A stretch of DNA of 32,000 nucleotides from Mucisphaera calidilacus (GTDB lineage Bacteria > Planctomycetota > Phycisphaerae > Phycisphaerales > Phycisphaeraceae): the NCBI RefSeq assembly GCF_007748075.1, contig NZ_CP036280.1:1740001-1772000 (forward strand), given 5' to 3'. The notes beneath the pieces are model-generated. The model searched no databases and had not been told where the DNA came from. It saw nothing but the letters and a program-made list of their open reading frames with translations. The position numbers and the translations under genes are program-made. This document shows, piece after piece, positions 9,251 to 18,442 of the stretch. Position 1 is the first letter of the stretch. Every line of letters begins with the position of its first letter.

Positions 9251-9434
9251 GTCAGGAATCAGGCAATCAACCAGCGCGACGCAGTCTTCGTTGCGAACAT
9301 GATGACGACACCAGCCGAGCGACATTGTTTGCAGCAACAACGTCGTCCCTGTCAATCTCAGCCACATGCTCGTTCATCATGACACTGAGGCCACAACCAC
9401 AGATGAAGAAGGGCACCTGAAGACCAGCTCTCCA

Positions 9435-9680
9435 CTCGTCAGGCTCGACGAAGCACTCTACGCCTATGCTCGTGTCGATGCCTGAGGCGGAGTCCGCACT
9501 GCCAGCTACGCCTTGCACGACTGGCAGCAGTAGGTCGACGTGATCAGGCTGTGCGTCAACGTCCCGCGGTCGGACACCTACAGCGTGCGTGCCGATCTGG
9601 TCGCTCGTGACAATCCCTCAGGTTCCCTCACGGTGCGTATGGATGGTGCCAAGATCGCTACCATCATGGACGCAATTTCT
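9435..9680 (+). pseudogene. Possible decayed carbohydrate-binding-module (CBM6/35-like) remnant with two in-frame stops
   Basis: A single + frame reads LVRLDEALYAYARVDA*GGVRTASYALHDWQQ*VDVIRLCVNVPRSDTYSVRADLVARDNPSGSLTVRMDGAKIATIMDA (TGA 9483-9485, TAG 9531-9533). The v-x-f-x-V-x-VP-x-x-G-x-Y-x-V-x-x-x ... L-x-V-x-x-x-G pattern is CBM6/35-like. By eye, third-position GC is higher in this frame than in the antisense 83-aa ORF. Confidence 0.3.
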
Positions 9681-9832
9681 TGCCGCCGTGTCAATATCGT
9701 AATTCTGGGAGCGCCGCGACGTGCATCCGGCACGCGGACCTCCGATGGCCCCATAAGTGATGCGATGACTCTGCTTTCACCAGGCCCGGGCGATGTGCTT
9801 CGAGAGGAGCGTCTGCTGGGGCTCGTTTGTCC

Positions 9833-11962
9833 TCAGGATCGGTCGGACGGTGTTCGGATCGCGACGGTCTGTGCGTGGTTGTGGAGGTGACAGGCGGCTT
9901 GCGTACGATCGGAGATCGCCTGGAGCTCTGGGCGTTGTTCCCTGCAGGCGGGCATGACCTCTCGGCACCGCGGGTTGAAGGCGCAGCCGGTGGGGAGGTT
10001 GGCGACGTCGGCGACCTCGCCACTGAGTTGGTGTTCGATCGTGATGTCCGGGTCCGGGCAGGGCACGGCGTTGAGCAGGGCGCGGGTGTAGGGATGGCTG
10101 GGGTTCTCGAAGAGCGTGTTCTTGTCGGCGATTTCCACGATTCGTCCTGCGTACATGACGGCGACGCGGTGGCAGATGTGCTTGACGACCGAGAGGTCGT
10201 GCGCGATGAAGATGTAGGTCAGGCGGTACTCGTCCTGCAGGTCGGCGAGCAGGTTGATGACCTGGGCCTGTACCGAGACGTCGAGCGCGGAGACCGACTC
10301 GTCGGCGATGATGAGTCGGGGGCGTACGATCAGGGCCCGCGCGATGCCGATGCGTTGCCGCTGACCGCCTGAGAATGCGTGGGGGTAGCGGTTGCGGTAT
10401 TCCGGCCGGATGCCAACGCGTGTCAGGATGGCGGCGACGCGGTCGTGGAGTTCGCTGCCGGAGGCCAGCCGGTGGATTCTCAGCGGCTCGGAGACGATCT
10501 GCTGGATCGTCATGCGTGGGTTGAGCGAGCTGAAGGGATCCTGAAAGATCATCTGCAGTTGCGTCCGGAGCGGCTTGAGTTCTGCCTCGCGCAGTGAGGC
10601 GAGGTCGTGGTAGTGGTTGCTGGTTTCGTCGCGATAGAGCACCTCGCCGGATGTTGGTTTAATAGCGCGCAGGATGGCCCTGCCCAGCGTGGTCTTGCCG
10701 CACCCCGATTCGCCGACCAGTCCGAGTGTCTCGCCGGGCATCAGGTCGAAGCTGATGTTGTCGCAGGCTCTGACGGTGCCGATGCGTTTGCGGATCAGGC
10801 TCTTGCTGAGGACGGGATAATGCTTGGAGAGTCGGCGTACAGAGAGGATCGGTTCGCTGTGCTGGTGCGTCGCGTCGGTCTGTGCGGCGTTGGGTGTCGA
10901 CGCCGATGGTGCGTCGTCCGGGGGGTTCATGAGCGTGATGTGGGGGTGTCGTTGGAGGTCGCCCGGCTGCGGGATGCTGCTGCTGCGTTGCGCGGCTGAA
11001 TCGATCTCGGCGGCGCGGAGGCATGCGGCGTGGTGGCCATTGGTGACCTTCACGAGGTCGGGAGGTTGGCCGCGGTCGCATTCGCCGGCGACGGCGTAGG
11101 CGCAGCGTGGGTGGAAGGAGCATCCGGCGGGGAGATGGGAGCTGCCCGGAACGGATCCGGGGATCGATGGGAGCCGGGTGATGCCGGCGTTCATGCTGGG
11201 CAGTGATCTGAGCAGGCCGATGGTGTACGGGTGACGTGGTGTCTTGAGGATGGTGCGTACGTCGCCGCGCTCGACGATCTTGCCGAGGTACATGACGGCG
11301 ACCTCGTCGGCGATCTGCGCCACGACGCCGATGTCGTGGGTGATCATGAGGATCCCCATGCCCAGGTCCTGCTGGAGGCCCTTGAGCAGTGTGAGGATCT
11401 GTGCCTGAATCGTGACGTCGAGGGCGGTTGTGGGTTCGTTGGCGATGAGGAGTTCGGGTTTGCAGACGAGTGCCATGGCGATAACGACGCGTTGACGCAT
11501 CCCGCCGGAGAGCTCGTGCGGGTACTGGTCGAGTCGGTCGTGTGCCCCGGGGATGCCCACGCGTGCGAGCATGTCACCCGCCATGCTTCTGGCCTGGCTT
11601 TTGGTGACGTGCTGGTGTAGCAGGATGCTCTCGATGATCTGGCTGCCGATCGTGTGAACGGGGCTGAGCGCCGTCATCGGTTCCTGGAAGATCATGGACG
11701 CCCAGCCGCCTCTGAGGCTGTAGAGCGTGTCGTCGTGTTCGCTGAGCGAGGCGATGTCGGTGGTGCCTTGGCCGCGTCGGTGTGCGCGGATGGATCCTCG
11801 TGTGATGCGTCCGGGCTTCTGGATCAGGCGGAGCAGGGCGTAACTCGTCACGCTCTTGCCACAGCCGGATTCGCCGACGAGCGCGAGCACGCTGCCGCGT
11901 CGCATGCTGAAGGAGACGCCATCGACCGCGCGGACCTCCCCGAGGTCGGTGAAAAAGCTCAC
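9833..11962 (-). CDS. Opp/Dpp-type ABC transporter ATP-binding protein with two fused ATPase modules (DppD-DppF-like); the true start is probably upstream of the GTG given here
   Basis: Walker A appears twice ([22 protein letters not shown]). Signatures LSGGMRQRV and FSGGQRQRI. Walker [13 protein letters not shown] and [12 protein letters not shown]. Both halves carry oligopeptide-type C-terminal extensions (HPYT..., Cys-containing tails). The conserved first strand LLEVNDLHV is encoded in-frame upstream of GTG 11962 (see findings). Confidence 0.9.
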   Translation of the reverse strand: MSFFTDLGEVRAVDGVSFSMRRGSVLALVGESGCGKSVTSYALLRLIQKPGRITRGSIRAHRRGQGTTDIASLSEHDDTLYSLRGGWASMIFQEPMTALSPVHTIGSQIIESILLHQHVTKSQARSMAGDMLARVGIPGAHDRLDQYPHELSGGMRQRVVIAMALVCKPELLIANEPTTALDVTIQAQILTLLKGLQQDLGMGILMITHDIGVVAQIADEVAVMYLGKIVERGDVRTILKTPRHPYTIGLLRSLPSMNAGITRLPSIPGSVPGSSHLPAGCSFHPRCAYAVAGECDRGQPPDLVKVTNGHHAACLRAAEIDSAAQRSSSIPQPGDLQRHPHITLMNPPDDAPSASTPNAAQTDATHQHSEPILSVRRLSKHYPVLSKSLIRKRIGTVRACDNISFDLMPGETLGLVGESGCGKTTLGRAILRAIKPTSGEVLYRDETSNHYHDLASLREAELKPLRTQLQMIFQDPFSSLNPRMTIQQIVSEPLRIHRLASGSELHDRVAAILTRVGIRPEYRNRYPHAFSGGQRQRIGIARALIVRPRLIIADESVSALDVSVQAQVINLLADLQDEYRLTYIFIAHDLSVVKHICHRVAVMYAGRIVEIADKNTLFENPSHPYTRALLNAVPCPDPDITIEHQLSGEVADVANLPTGCAFNPRCREVMPACREQRPELQAISDRTQAACHLHNHAQTVAIRTPSDRS

Positions 11963-12020
11963 GTGGAGGTCGTTGACCTCGAGCAGGGGCTGTTCTCGGG
12001 GTGGTGCGTTGTCGTCGATG

Positions 12021-13160
12021 TCATCGTCCCTCGTAGGGGTCGGCGGCGTCGCGGAGGCCGTCGCCCAAGAAATTGAAGCTCAGCACGGTGGTGATGATGA
12101 AGACGACCGGCATGAGTAACCAGGGGTAGAACCGCACGGCCTTGACGTCGAGGCAGTCCTGGAGCATGACGCCCCAGCTGACGATGGGCGGCCTGAGCCC
12201 GAGCCCGAGGAAGCTGAGCGAGGTCTCGCCAAGGATCATGGCCGGAGCGGCGAGCGTGAGTGCGACGATGATGTGGCTGGTAAATCCCGGAAGCAGGTGG
12301 AGGAAGAGGACTCGTGTGTGAGAGGCTCCGAGGAGTCGTGCGGCGACGGCGTAGTCTTCCTCGCGCAGGGAGAGGATCTTCCCGCGCACGACGCGTGCCA
12401 GTCCTGTCCAGTTGAGCAGGGAGAGGAGGACGGTGATCGCGAAGTAGATTTTCAGGGCGGACCACTCGGGGGGAAGCAGGGCCGCGAGGGCGATCCAGAG
12501 AGGCAGGTGCGGGAAGGAGTTGATGATCTCGATCGACCGCTGGATGAGGTTGTCGGCGCGGCCACCGAGGTAGCCGCTGATGCTGCCAATGACGATGCCG
12601 AACACGAACGTGCACCCGATCCCGATGATGCCCACCGAGAGTGAAACGCGGGCGCCGTAGACAGCTCGGCTGAGGATGCATCGTCCCAGTTCGTCGGTGC
12701 CGAGCGGGTAGTAGGTCATCAATTCGTGATGGTCGGCATCCTTCGATTCGGCGGAAACGGTGAGCAGGTGGCGTTCAAGAGGGATCAAACCCCAGAGCTT
12801 GTAGGGTGCGCCACGTCCGAGCAGTCTGACCGGAACGATCACGTCTTCCCGCAGGAGGTAGGACTTACGGAACGTGACGGGATCGATCTGCTGCTCGTAC
12901 CCGTAGGTATAGAGGCCGTGTTGCGTGCTGATGAGCAGGAGTTGTGGCGGGCAGTAGACGTGATCGAGGTTGCGTTGATTCGGGGGGTTCACGGCGAGTG
13001 GTTCGGCAAAGATCGCCACGGAGTAAATGAAGATCAGGAAGAGCGTGGAGATGACGGCGAGCCGATGCCTGAGGAAGCGTCGAAGGATCAGCCGCCACTG
13101 CGACATAACCTCCATGCCCGTGTTCCGGTGCTCGTTGGGCGTTGGTGTCTGCTGGTTCAC
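12021..13160 (-). CDS. ABC transporter permease, DppC/OppC-like
   Basis: Multi-pass membrane protein with the EAA-loop region [28 protein letters not shown] typical of DppC/OppC. Its GTG start overlaps the stop of the upstream gene (GTGA, 13157-13160). Its stop overlaps an ATG (ATGA, 12021-12024). Confidence 0.9.
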   Translation of the reverse strand: MNQQTPTPNEHRNTGMEVMSQWRLILRRFLRHRLAVISTLFLIFIYSVAIFAEPLAVNPPNQRNLDHVYCPPQLLLISTQHGLYTYGYEQQIDPVTFRKSYLLREDVIVPVRLLGRGAPYKLWGLIPLERHLLTVSAESKDADHHELMTYYPLGTDELGRCILSRAVYGARVSLSVGIIGIGCTFVFGIVIGSISGYLGGRADNLIQRSIEIINSFPHLPLWIALAALLPPEWSALKIYFAITVLLSLLNWTGLARVVRGKILSLREEDYAVAARLLGASHTRVLFLHLLPGFTSHIIVALTLAAPAMILGETSLSFLGLGLRPPIVSWGVMLQDCLDVKAVRFYPWLLMPVVFIITTVLSFNFLGDGLRDAADPYEGR

Positions 13161-16100
13161 GTGGTCACCTCGTCGTAGCGGACACGCGGATCAAGCCAGA
13201 GCAGGAGGAGGTCGCTGACGAGGGTTCCGAGCACGCCGAGCATGCTGAGGACCATGAGCATCGATCCGGCGAGGTACATATCCTCGCTGAAGAGGGCCGC
13301 GAGCAGGAGCGGGCCGACCGTGGGCAGTGACAGGACCATCGCCACGATGGCTCCACCCGAGACGAGTTGCGGGAAGACGTGCCCGATGCCGGAGATAAAC
13401 GGGTTGAGTGCGACACGCACCGGGTATTTGAGCAGGAGCTTGATGGGTCGGACGCCCTTGGCTCGCGCGGTGGTGACGTAGGGCTTGCTGAGTTCGTCGA
13501 GGAGGTTGGCGCGCATGACGCGGATCATGCCTGCCGTGCCCGCGACGCCCATCACCAGCACGGGGACCCAGATGTGGCGTAGCAGGTCGATCAATTTGCC
13601 CCATGTCCATTCTGGCTGTGCCGCGTACTCGGGCGAGAAGAGGCCTGAGACGTCGGCGAGGACCATGAGCACGAGTGCGAGCAGGAAGCCGGGGATGCTC
13701 ATGCCGATGAAGCCCACGAGCGTGAAGGCGTAGTCGGCGAGGGAGTATTGCCTGACCGCGGAGTAGATGCCGATGGGTATCGCGACCGCCCACGTGAAGA
13801 GGATCGTGCCGGCCGAGATACAGACGGTCAGGATGATGCGGTCGCCTACGATCTGGTTGACCGGCTGAGCGGTCTCCATGGAACGGCCCATGTAGCCCTG
13901 GAGCAGGCCGGCATCGGCCACATCAAGGCTCGTAAACCAGAAGAATCCCATCCATCGCGCGTACTGCTTCCACATGGGTTCGTCGAAATGGAAGAGTTGC
14001 CTGAGGTCCTCGATCTCCTGTTCGGCGTCGGCGTTGCCCGCCTCCTGGAGTTGGACGAGTCGCGCGGTGAGGTAGTCGCCTTCGGGGAGTTGGATGATGG
14101 TGAAGACGATGATCGAGATCACAAAGAGGGTGGGGATCATGATCAGCAGCCGCCGGCCGATGTAGGGGTGCTTGATCGCAATCAGGAGTAAGGCGAGTGC
14201 CACGATGCCGAGGATCACGGAGCGGATCAGGGAACCTAGGGGGATGGCCCGATCGATCGTGTCGGGCGAAGAACCGTCGAGGCGTGGTCGTGCGATCGGA
14301 TTGACGATGGCGTTGCGTACGTCGTCGATAGCCCCCTGCGACATCACGGGGTTCTCGAAAAAGAAGGTTTCGATGCCGGCGTTCCCCGGCGTCATGGCCA
14401 CGAAACCGAAGAGTGCGTTCTTCGGTACGTTGCGCATGTCCTCGTCCAGCACGACGAGTTGAGGCGGCGCATCGGCGATATTGATTGTCCAGATGTTCTC
14501 TGCACCGATCGCGAAGACCTTCTTCATCAGTGCGATCTGCTCTGATCGGCTGGGTGCCAGCAGTGCCTGCTCGTAGAGGTCGTAGGCGCGGTACATGGGG
14601 TGGTCACGGGGCGGTGGTCTCGCGTTGGCGACGCGTTTGGCCCTGGGATCGTCGTAGTATCCGCCCAGCGCGTACCACTGGGCCCATTGGGTGGCGTAGA
14701 ACGCTTCGATGGAGTGCGGGATGAAGTAGCGTGGTTCGATGACGGCGAAGAAATCACTCTCACCGCTCCAGATGTTGAAATCGAAGTCAGCCGCGTTCTT
14801 GTGGAGGTAGAAGAGTTGTCGTGCTCGCTCCTGCAGGATGGCCCGCACGCCGACCGCCGCCCAGTCATCGACGACGAAGTGCCCCGGGCCGATATCCGTG
14901 AACTGGCTGTACTCGATAAAGAAGGTCATCGTTGATCCGTCGGGGTAGGTGCGCATGCCGTCGGCGTCTCGTCCGGTCAGCCCGAGTTCGTCGAGTAAGG
15001 CGTTTGCTCCCTGGGTGTCGTGGTCGATGAAGGCCTGCCTGAGTTCCGGGCTTGAGAAGGGGGACTCGGGGCCGGGTTCGACCTGCGCCGGCTCGACCTG
15101 GTCGTTGTACAGGGCGCGGATGATCGCTTTTCGGTCGATCGCCAGCGAGAGCGCCTGGCGGAAGCGTTTGTCCGCCAGCAGCTGGGCCTTCCATCGGGTC
15201 GACGGGCGTTCGGGGTCGATGCGTCGATTCAGGTTTGGATTGATCACCCAGGGTGATCGTGTCGCGGAGTACCAGTGGAGCACGCGCATGCCGGTTGATT
15301 CTGCGCGGTCAAACAACTCGGTGTAGTTCTCGTAGCGCACGTGCCGGGTTTGCATGCTCACCTCGCCGTTGACAAAGCTCAGTGCCATCATCTGGCCGCT
15401 GCGCACGGCGAACTGCAGGCGGTCGATGTAGGGCAGCTGATTGCCCGATTCATCGACGGCGAAGTAGAACGGGTTGCGGACAAAGACCTGGGGCGGATTC
15501 GCTTTGTAACTGCGGTAGATCCACGGCCAGAGCCGTGGGCAGTCGGGGTTCATGAAATTCCGCATGTAGGCATACAGCGCCCTCGGGCTGGGGAGTTGGT
15601 AGGCCTGCATGCCCTCGGCGATGCGATCCTGGTCGCCGAGTGTCGGGTGATAGGGGCGCAGGTAGTGTTCGGGATCCTGCGTCATGTAGAAGCTGTAGGT
15701 TGCCATGATGCGTTTGAAGTGCGGGTACGGCTTCGTGAAGCGGAACAGGAGCGTGTAGTCATCGATCATGTCGATCGTGCCCGGGTCCGCACCGGTGTAC
15801 ATCCATCTTGGTGGGATTCCGTCGGTGAGGTCCTCGCTCAGTTCCTGGTCCCGCCACCAGTACATCACGTCGTTTGCGGTGAAGGGGTGGCCATCCGACC
15901 ATCGGACGCCACGCCGCAGACGCACCGTGAATGTTCTCATGTCCTCTGATGGCTCGAAGGACTTGGCAAGATGAGGGACGACCGGTTCGCCAAGCGGCGA
16001 CCAGCGGAAAAAGCCGGTGTACGACATCCTGTTCTGGATGACCCCGACGTCGTTTTCAGAACTTGCGACGCGTAGCCAGGTTCCGCCGTAGTTTCCGATT

Positions 16101-16453
16101 CCGTCCACGCCGCGCATGACGAGTGGTTCGGGTCCGGTGCGGTCGCGGACAGGAGGCAGATCGCCCGATTCAACGAGTTGGGCCAGGATCGGCGACTCGC
16201 CGCGTGGCCACCAGGAAGCGTCGCTACCCTCACTGCTGTCAACATCCACCTGCAGCCTCGGGAGGGTATCGATCCGTTGTGAGTCGAAGGAGACATCGCG
16301 GTCACGCTCGATGCTCGCGAGCAGATCGGGATCGACATCGATCGGGGCGTCTGATGCTTGTGGCTGCAATGACCAGCTCAGCAGCCAGAGGAGCAGCGCA
16401 AAGCAGAACCCTACACCCGTGACACCTGCGAAGAGATAGAACAGATACTTCAT
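13157..16453 (-). CDS. Fusion protein: N-terminal membrane anchor + family-5 (Opp/Dpp-type) substrate-binding domain + linker TM helix + DppB/OppB-like permease
   Basis: A single uninterrupted 1098-aa ORF. N-terminal anchor MKYLFYLFAGVTGVGFCFALLLWLLSW. Family-5 SBP pattern ...VFVRNPFYFAVDESGNQLPYIDRLQF... . Extra hydrophobic helix LIRSVILGIVALALLLIAI (about 14174-14240). Then a canonical DppB opening YIGRRLLIMIPTLFVISIIVFTIIQLPEGDY and EAA-loop region LDELSKPYVTTARAKGVRPIKLLLKYPVRVAL (permease part about 13160-14173). Confidence 0.9.
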   Translation of the reverse strand: MKYLFYLFAGVTGVGFCFALLLWLLSWSLQPQASDAPIDVDPDLLASIERDRDVSFDSQRIDTLPRLQVDVDSSEGSDASWWPRGESPILAQLVESGDLPPVRDRTGPEPLVMRGVDGIGNYGGTWLRVASSENDVGVIQNRMSYTGFFRWSPLGEPVVPHLAKSFEPSEDMRTFTVRLRRGVRWSDGHPFTANDVMYWWRDQELSEDLTDGIPPRWMYTGADPGTIDMIDDYTLLFRFTKPYPHFKRIMATYSFYMTQDPEHYLRPYHPTLGDQDRIAEGMQAYQLPSPRALYAYMRNFMNPDCPRLWPWIYRSYKANPPQVFVRNPFYFAVDESGNQLPYIDRLQFAVRSGQMMALSFVNGEVSMQTRHVRYENYTELFDRAESTGMRVLHWYSATRSPWVINPNLNRRIDPERPSTRWKAQLLADKRFRQALSLAIDRKAIIRALYNDQVEPAQVEPGPESPFSSPELRQAFIDHDTQGANALLDELGLTGRDADGMRTYPDGSTMTFFIEYSQFTDIGPGHFVVDDWAAVGVRAILQERARQLFYLHKNAADFDFNIWSGESDFFAVIEPRYFIPHSIEAFYATQWAQWYALGGYYDDPRAKRVANARPPPRDHPMYRAYDLYEQALLAPSRSEQIALMKKVFAIGAENIWTINIADAPPQLVVLDEDMRNVPKNALFGFVAMTPGNAGIETFFFENPVMSQGAIDDVRNAIVNPIARPRLDGSSPDTIDRAIPLGSLIRSVILGIVALALLLIAIKHPYIGRRLLIMIPTLFVISIIVFTIIQLPEGDYLTARLVQLQEAGNADAEQEIEDLRQLFHFDEPMWKQYARWMGFFWFTSLDVADAGLLQGYMGRSMETAQPVNQIVGDRIILTVCISAGTILFTWAVAIPIGIYSAVRQYSLADYAFTLVGFIGMSIPGFLLALVLMVLADVSGLFSPEYAAQPEWTWGKLIDLLRHIWVPVLVMGVAGTAGMIRVMRANLLDELSKPYVTTARAKGVRPIKLLLKYPVRVALNPFISGIGHVFPQLVSGGAIVAMVLSLPTVGPLLLAALFSEDMYLAGSMLMVLSMLGVLGTLVSDLLLLWLDPRVRYDEVTT

Positions 16454-16472
16454 ACCAGTCAGACTCGCTCAG

Positions 16473-16529
16473 CAGCGTGACTTTAACTGATACCCGGCGT
16501 GGCGTGGGCCGGGTGACGCGGTCACGCTG
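16473..16529 (-). promoter_or_regulatory. Nested inverted repeat 20 nt upstream of the ABC operon start codon; possible 5'-UTR structure or operator
   Basis: Outer arms CAGCGTGAC (16473-16481) / GTCACGCTG (16521-16529). Inner arms ACCCGGC (16492-16498) / GCCGGGT (16508-16514). Confidence 0.2.
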
Positions 16530-16738
16530 GCGATCGTTCGCGAGGACGAGCCCATCGCGCGATTGCGTCGGGAACGGTCTGCCCGTAATCGCTCATGGCT
16601 CACGGCCACGTCGATCCGAGATAGCATCTGGGTATCACACGTGGAGGTGGGTCGGTTGCCCGCGATTCACAGCCGTCCGCATCCCAGTCTCTCAACCGTG
16701 ATGCATGTCGCAGCGCGGCAAGTCGACGGAGGCAAAGA

Positions 16739-18427
16739 TTGACCTGGCACCTGCTGCTGGACATTCTGATGCTGCTCGGGGCGGCGCTCGTTCTCGGCGT
16801 CGTCGCCGAGCGACTGCGTCAAAGCGCGATCCTTGGCTATCTGGTAGCGGGTACACTCGTCGGGCCGGCGGCCTTTGCGCTTGTCGACAGCACCGAAGAG
16901 GTACACGCGATCGCCGAGCTGGGCGTGGCGATGCTGCTGTTTTCCATCGGCTTGGAGTTCTCGCTCGATCGTTTGCGTCGACTGGGATCGATCGCGCTGA
17001 TCGGCGGTACCGCTCAGATCCTGCTGACACTTGTCGTCGCGGCGGGCGCTGCCTGGGGACTCGGCCTTGGCCCACGGGCCGCGATCGGTGTCGGCGCGCT
17101 GCTCGCGTTGTCCAGCACCGCCTGCGTGCTTCGGATCCTCAGTGATCGTGGAGCGATCGACACACTCTACGGCCGCAACTCGCTCGGGATCCTGCTGATG
17201 CAGGATGTGGCCGTTGTCCCCCTCGTCCTGCTGCTGACCGTGCTTGCGCGAGGTGGTTCCGTTGATCAGACCATGGCCACGCTTGGGAAGACCTTAGGTC
17301 TTGGGCTGCTGCTGATCGGTGCCTTTCTGCTGCTGTTTCGCTACATCGCTCCGCGGCTCTTTCGGCTACGCCCCTGGGCCCAGAACCGGGATCTGCCGGT
17401 GCTGCTGGCCATCGTCATGGCCATCGGCTCGGCGATTGCCGCGCATGAGATGGGCATCTCGCCGGCCATGGGGGCTTTCGTCGCCGGGGTGCTGCTGGGC
17501 GAGTCTCCCTTCGCGGTGCAGGTCCGTGCCGACGTCGCCAGTCTGCGAACGCTCTTCGTAACGTTGTTCTTCGCCTCGGTGGGCATGCTGGGCGACCCGG
17601 GCTGGGTCGCCGCGAACGTGCCGCTGGTTGGTGGCACCGTTGCCGCCATCATCATCGGGAAAGGCCTGCTGGTCGTGGTGGTGGTCCGCGCACTTGGTCA
17701 CTCGACGGGCGTCGCGATGGCGACGGGTCTGTGCCTTGCCCAGGCAGGAGAGTTCTCCTTTGTGCTGGCGAAGATTGGGCGTGGGACGGTGTTCGACGAG
17801 CAGCTGTTCAGGCTGATCGTCTCCTCCACCATCCTGACGCTGTTCGTCACCCCGTTCCTGATCGGCCTGGCGCCCCGGGTCGCATCGGCATGGACACGCT
17901 TGGCGGTCCGATCGTCCAGGCGCGCCGCGCCGACACCGACTGGTCCGGACCCGGCCGAGGCCGACACCCCCTCGCCGAAGCGTGACATTCTGGTCATCGG
18001 TTTCGGCCCCGCTGGCCAGCAGGCGGTGGATCACCTGCGTAGCGACTACGCCGAACGAATACAGGTCATCGAGCTGAACCCTCGCAACGCATCAGACGCG
18101 AGGCTGCGTCGTCTCGAGGTACAGGTCGGCGATGCAACGCGCCAGGATGTTCTTGAGCATGCCGGGATCTATGACGCGACCGTCATCCTGGTGACGATCC
18201 CGGACGCGCACGCGAGCCGAACCGTCATCCATCACTGCCGTCAAATGGCGCCTGCGGCGTCTGTTGTCGTCCGGGCTCGCTACCACGTTGTGCGCTGGGA
18301 GCTTCAACTCGCGGGCGCTCTCACCGTTGTCGATGAGGAACTCGAGTTGGGCAGAGCCATCGCCACAGCCGCGCGTCAGCACCTGACCGGCGTGACCACG
18401 GACTCTCCGACTGACGAAGCCGTGTAG
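16739..18427 (+). CDS. Kef-type monovalent cation:proton antiporter (CPA2 family) with a C-terminal TrkA-N/RCK NAD-binding domain
   Basis: TTG start. N-terminus LLLDILMLLGAALVLGVVAERLRQSAILGYLVAGTLVGP is typical of KefB/KefC-like proteins. About 12 hydrophobic helices. The C-terminal Rossmann motif DILVIGFGPAGQQAVDHL is followed by IQVIELNP...GDAT. Confidence 0.85.
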   Translation: MTWHLLLDILMLLGAALVLGVVAERLRQSAILGYLVAGTLVGPAAFALVDSTEEVHAIAELGVAMLLFSIGLEFSLDRLRRLGSIALIGGTAQILLTLVVAAGAAWGLGLGPRAAIGVGALLALSSTACVLRILSDRGAIDTLYGRNSLGILLMQDVAVVPLVLLLTVLARGGSVDQTMATLGKTLGLGLLLIGAFLLLFRYIAPRLFRLRPWAQNRDLPVLLAIVMAIGSAIAAHEMGISPAMGAFVAGVLLGESPFAVQVRADVASLRTLFVTLFFASVGMLGDPGWVAANVPLVGGTVAAIIIGKGLLVVVVVRALGHSTGVAMATGLCLAQAGEFSFVLAKIGRGTVFDEQLFRLIVSSTILTLFVTPFLIGLAPRVASAWTRLAVRSSRRAAPTPTGPDPAEADTPSPKRDILVIGFGPAGQQAVDHLRSDYAERIQVIELNPRNASDARLRRLEVQVGDATRQDVLEHAGIYDATVILVTIPDAHASRTVIHHCRQMAPAASVVVRARYHVVRWELQLAGALTVVDEELELGRAIATAARQHLTGVTTDSPTDEAV

Positions 18428-18442
18428 CAGGCGAGCCTCGTA

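Noticed and set aside
9267-9518. 83-aa minus-strand ORF in the lower-GC gap after GH43
   Set aside because: It has no motif, signal peptide or convincing ribosome-binding site, and by eye its third-position GC is lower than that of the opposite-strand frame, which reads as a decayed CBM-like segment. I kept it as not supported.
11990-12024. Programmed -1 ribosomal frameshift joining the coupled ATG to the ATPase frame
   Set aside because: I found no X-XXY-YYZ slippery heptamer or obvious downstream stimulatory structure. An indel or near-cognate initiation is the simpler explanation, and it is left as an open question in the findings.
11959-12681. 240-aa ORF in an alternate frame of the DppC-like permease gene
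   Set aside because: It is an Arg/Pro/His-rich shadow frame. Only its last 21 codons matter, because they begin at the ATGA-coupled ATG discussed in the ATPase start finding.
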